64,000 nucleotides of DNA, taken from contig OZ024743.1 of assembly GCA_964016885.1 (NCBI GenBank), forward strand, positions 306,590,001-306,654,000, in the 5' to 3' direction. Within the stretch, counting starts at the first letter, position 1. Each line of letters starts with the position of its first letter. This document shows, in pieces, positions 60,640 through 64,000 of this stretch. The stretch comes from Eledone cirrhosa (taxonomy: Eukaryota). The translations under genes were made by a program, and so were the position numbers. The notes under the pieces are model-generated. The model was not told the origin of the DNA and did not search any database. It saw nothing but the letters and a program-made list of their open reading frames with translations.

Positions 60640-63360
60640 TACTCATACTCATACTCATACTCATACTCATACACATACTCATACTCATATACTTACTCAT
60701 ACTCATAGTCATACTCATACACATACTCATACTCATACTCATACACATACACATACTCATACACATACACATCCAAATATACATACTGCTACTCCTACTC
60801 ATACACATACTCATACTCATATACATACTCATACTCATACTCATACACATACTCATACACATACTCATACACATACTCATACTCATACTCATACACATAC
60901 ACATACACATACAGATACTCATACACATACTCATACTCATAATCATACTGATACACATACACATACACATACACATACTCATACTCATACTCATATCCAT
61001 GCTGATACTCATACTCATACTCATACAAATACACATACTCATACACATACTCATACTCATACACATACTCATACCCATACACATACACATACTCATACAC
61101 TTACTCATACTCATACTCATACTCATACTCATACACATACTCATACACATACTCATACTCATACACATACACAAACTCATACACATACACATACTCATAC
61201 TCATACTCATACACATACTCATACTCATACACATACACATACTCATACACATACACAAACTCATACACATACTCATATCCATACTCATACTCATACTCAT
61301 ACACATACTCATACACATACTCATACACATACACATACTCATACACATACTCACACTCATTTACACACTCATACTCATACACATACTCATACATATACTC
61401 ATACTCATACTCATACACATACTCATACTCATACACATCCTCATACTCATACACATATACATACTCACACTCATACTCATACTCATACACATACACATAC
61501 TCATACACATACTCCTACACATACACATACTCATACACATACTTATACTCATACTCATACTCATACACATTCTCACACTCATACACATACACATACTCCT
61601 ATTCCTACTCATACTCATACACATACACATACTCATACACATACTCATACTCATACTCATATACATACATATACACATACCCATACACATACACATACTC
61701 GTACTCATACTCATACTCATAATCATACTCATACTCATACACATACACATACACATACTCATACTCATACACATACTCATACTCCTACTCATACTCATAC
61801 TCATACACATACTCATACTCTTACTCAGACACATACACATACACATACTCATACGCATATTCATACTCATACACATACACATACTCATACTCGTACTCGT
61901 ACACATACACATACACATACTCATATTCATAAAAATACTCATACTCATACTCATACACATACTCATACACATACACATACTCATACACATACTCATACTC
62001 ATACTCATACTCATACTCATACACATACTCATACTGATACTCATACATATACTCATACTCATACTCATACTCATACACATACTCATACACATACACATAC
62101 ACATACTCCTACTCATACTCATACACATACACAAACTCATACACATACTCATACACATACATATACTCCTACTCATACTCATACTCACACTCATTTACAT
62201 ACTCATACACATACTAACACTCATTTACATACTCATAGTCATACACATACACATACTCATACACATACTCATACACATAGACATACTCATACACATACTC
62301 ATACTCATACTCATACTCATACACATACTCACACTCATACACATACACATTCTCCTACTCCTACTCATACACATACTCATACACATACACATACACATAC
62401 TCCTACTCATACACATACTCATACTCATACTCATACTCATACACATACTCATACACATACACATACTCATACTCATAGATATACTCATACACTAACACAT
62501 ACTCATACTAAATACTCGTACACATACTTATACACATACACATACTCATACTCATACTCATACACATACACATACCCATACACCTACACATACTCATACA
62601 CATACACATACACATACTCATACACATACTCATACTCATATACATACACATACTCCTACTCATACTCATACTCATACACATACTCATACTCTTACTCAGA
62701 CACATACACATACACATACTCATACTCATACACATACACCTACTCATACTCATACTCATACACATACTCATACTCATACTCGTACACATACACATATACA
62801 TACTCATACTCATAAACATACTCATACTCATGCTCATACCCATACTCATACTCACACACATACACATACTCACACTCATACACATACTCATACACATACT
62901 CATACTCATACTCATACTCATACACATACTCATACACATATTCATACTCATACTCATACACATACTCGTACGCATACATATACTCCTACTCATACTCATA
63001 CTCATACACATACTCATACAGATACACATACTCCCACTCATACTCATACTCATACACATACACAAACTCATACACAAACTCATACTCATACACATACACA
63101 TACACATACTCATACACATACTCATACTCATGCACATACTCATACTCATACACATACTCATACACATACACATACACATACTCAAACCCCTACTCATACA
63201 CATACACATACTCATACACATACTCATACTCATACACATACACATACTCATACACATACTCATACACATACACATACACATACACATACTCCTACTCCTA
63301 CTCATACACATACTCATACTCATACACATACTCATACACATACTCATACACATACTCATA
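52620..63360 (+). repeat. HOR domain with period about 4.6 kb and nested period about 2.45-2.57 kb
   Basis: Offsets: 54166/58769 (4603), 55030/59639 (4609), 55465/60092 and 56734/61361 (4627), 57887/62508 (4621). Nested offsets: 53017/55465 and 54166/56734. Confidence 0.9.
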
Positions 63361-64000
63361 CACATACTCATACACATACTCATACTCATACTCATATACA
63401 TACTCATACTCATGCACATACACCTACTCATACTCATACTCATACTCATAATCATACTGATACACATACACATACACATACTCATACTCATACTCATACA
63501 CATACACATACTCATACACATACTCATACACATACACATACTCATACAGATACTCATACTCATACTCATACACATACTCATACTCACACTCATACACATA
63601 CACATACTCATACTCCTACTCATACTCATAATCATACTGATACACATACACATACACATACTCCTACTCATACTCATACACATACTCATACTCATACACA
63701 TACTCATACTCATACTCATACTCATAATCATACTCAAACACATACACTAACACATAATCATACTCATACTCGTACACATACGCATACACATACACATACT
63801 CATACACATACTCATACACATACACATACCCATACAAATGCTCATGCTCATACTCATACACATACACATACTCATACTCATACTCATACACATACTCATA
63901 CTCATACTCAGTCACATACTTATACTCATACACATACACTTACTCATACTCATACTCATACACATACTCATACACATACTCATACACATACTCATACTCA

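Larger units (their letters stand above)
1..64000 (+). repeat. Dimorphic hexamer satellite array (CATACT/CATACA)n, extending beyond both window edges
   Basis: Every line parses as CATACT or CATACA, or as 1-2 nt variants of them. Orientation is the same throughout and the + strand is almost devoid of G. All ORF translations are dipeptide repeats. Confidence 0.99.

Noticed and set aside
98-63743. Minus-strand Met-Ser/Met-Cys ORFs (up to 602 aa), superficially like metallothionein or metal-binding proteins
   Set aside because: They are a direct read-out of ATGAGT/ATGTGT. Their limits are set by recurring CTA/TTA variants, they have no unique domain, and ATG starts are trivial here.
577-63750. 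Plus-strand Ile-Leu/Ile-His ORFs (up to 1028 aa), apparently very hydrophobic
   Set aside because: They are repeat translations that start at sporadic ATG/TTG variants and mostly end at the CACTAAC marker. There is no plausible protein architecture.
56-63752. CTAACA 42-bp unit as a CRISPR-like direct repeat
   Set aside because: The intervening sequence is the same satellite rather than unique spacers, spacing is irregular from tens of bp to several kb, and there is no palindrome or cas gene.
357-63939. Tyr-Glu/Tyr-Val and Ser-Tyr/Thr-Tyr short ORFs
   Set aside because: They are frequently interrupted by stops from the common CCT, CTT, AAT and AGT variants, as expected for non-coding repeat frames.
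1-64000. Telomerase-type or other de novo polymerised repeat (G/T-rich versus C/A-rich strands)
   Set aside because: It lacks G-runs and matches no telomere motif I know. Kb-scale copying of rare variants indicates DNA-level duplication rather than short-template addition. Chromosomal position would be needed to exclude this fully.
1-64000. Pure sequencing or assembly artefact
   Set aside because: Complex variant patterns recur with small consistent differences at several scales, which random base-calling noise would not produce. Individual duplications still need read support.

Overview
The whole 64,000-bp window is one uninterrupted, single-orientation hexamer satellite with consensus (CATACW)n. 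CATACT and CATACA units are interleaved in short runs and carry recurring point-variant hexamers (CCTACT, CATAAT, CTAACA, CATTTA, CAAACT and others). There is no unique sequence and no recognisable gene, RNA gene, transposon or CRISPR array. The listed ORFs are dipeptide read-outs of the repeat (MS/MC, YE/YV, IL/IH, SY/TY). The variants expose a nested higher-order repeat (HOR) history, with periods of about 1.45, 2.64, 7.87, 6.66, 5.4, 3.3/2.27/1.04 and 4.6 kb. I found only 13 breaks in the hexamer register, of 5 types. The most notable hidden feature is the + strand CAT-ACW (His-Thr) frame, which the ORF track misses because it has no start codon. It appears stop-free from 10608 to 36260 (about 8,550 codons), and the dominant T/A dimorphism is synonymous in it. 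This openness is also expected under neutrality, so coding function is unproven. Eukaryotic heterochromatic satellite is the most likely context (inference); I cannot identify the organism.
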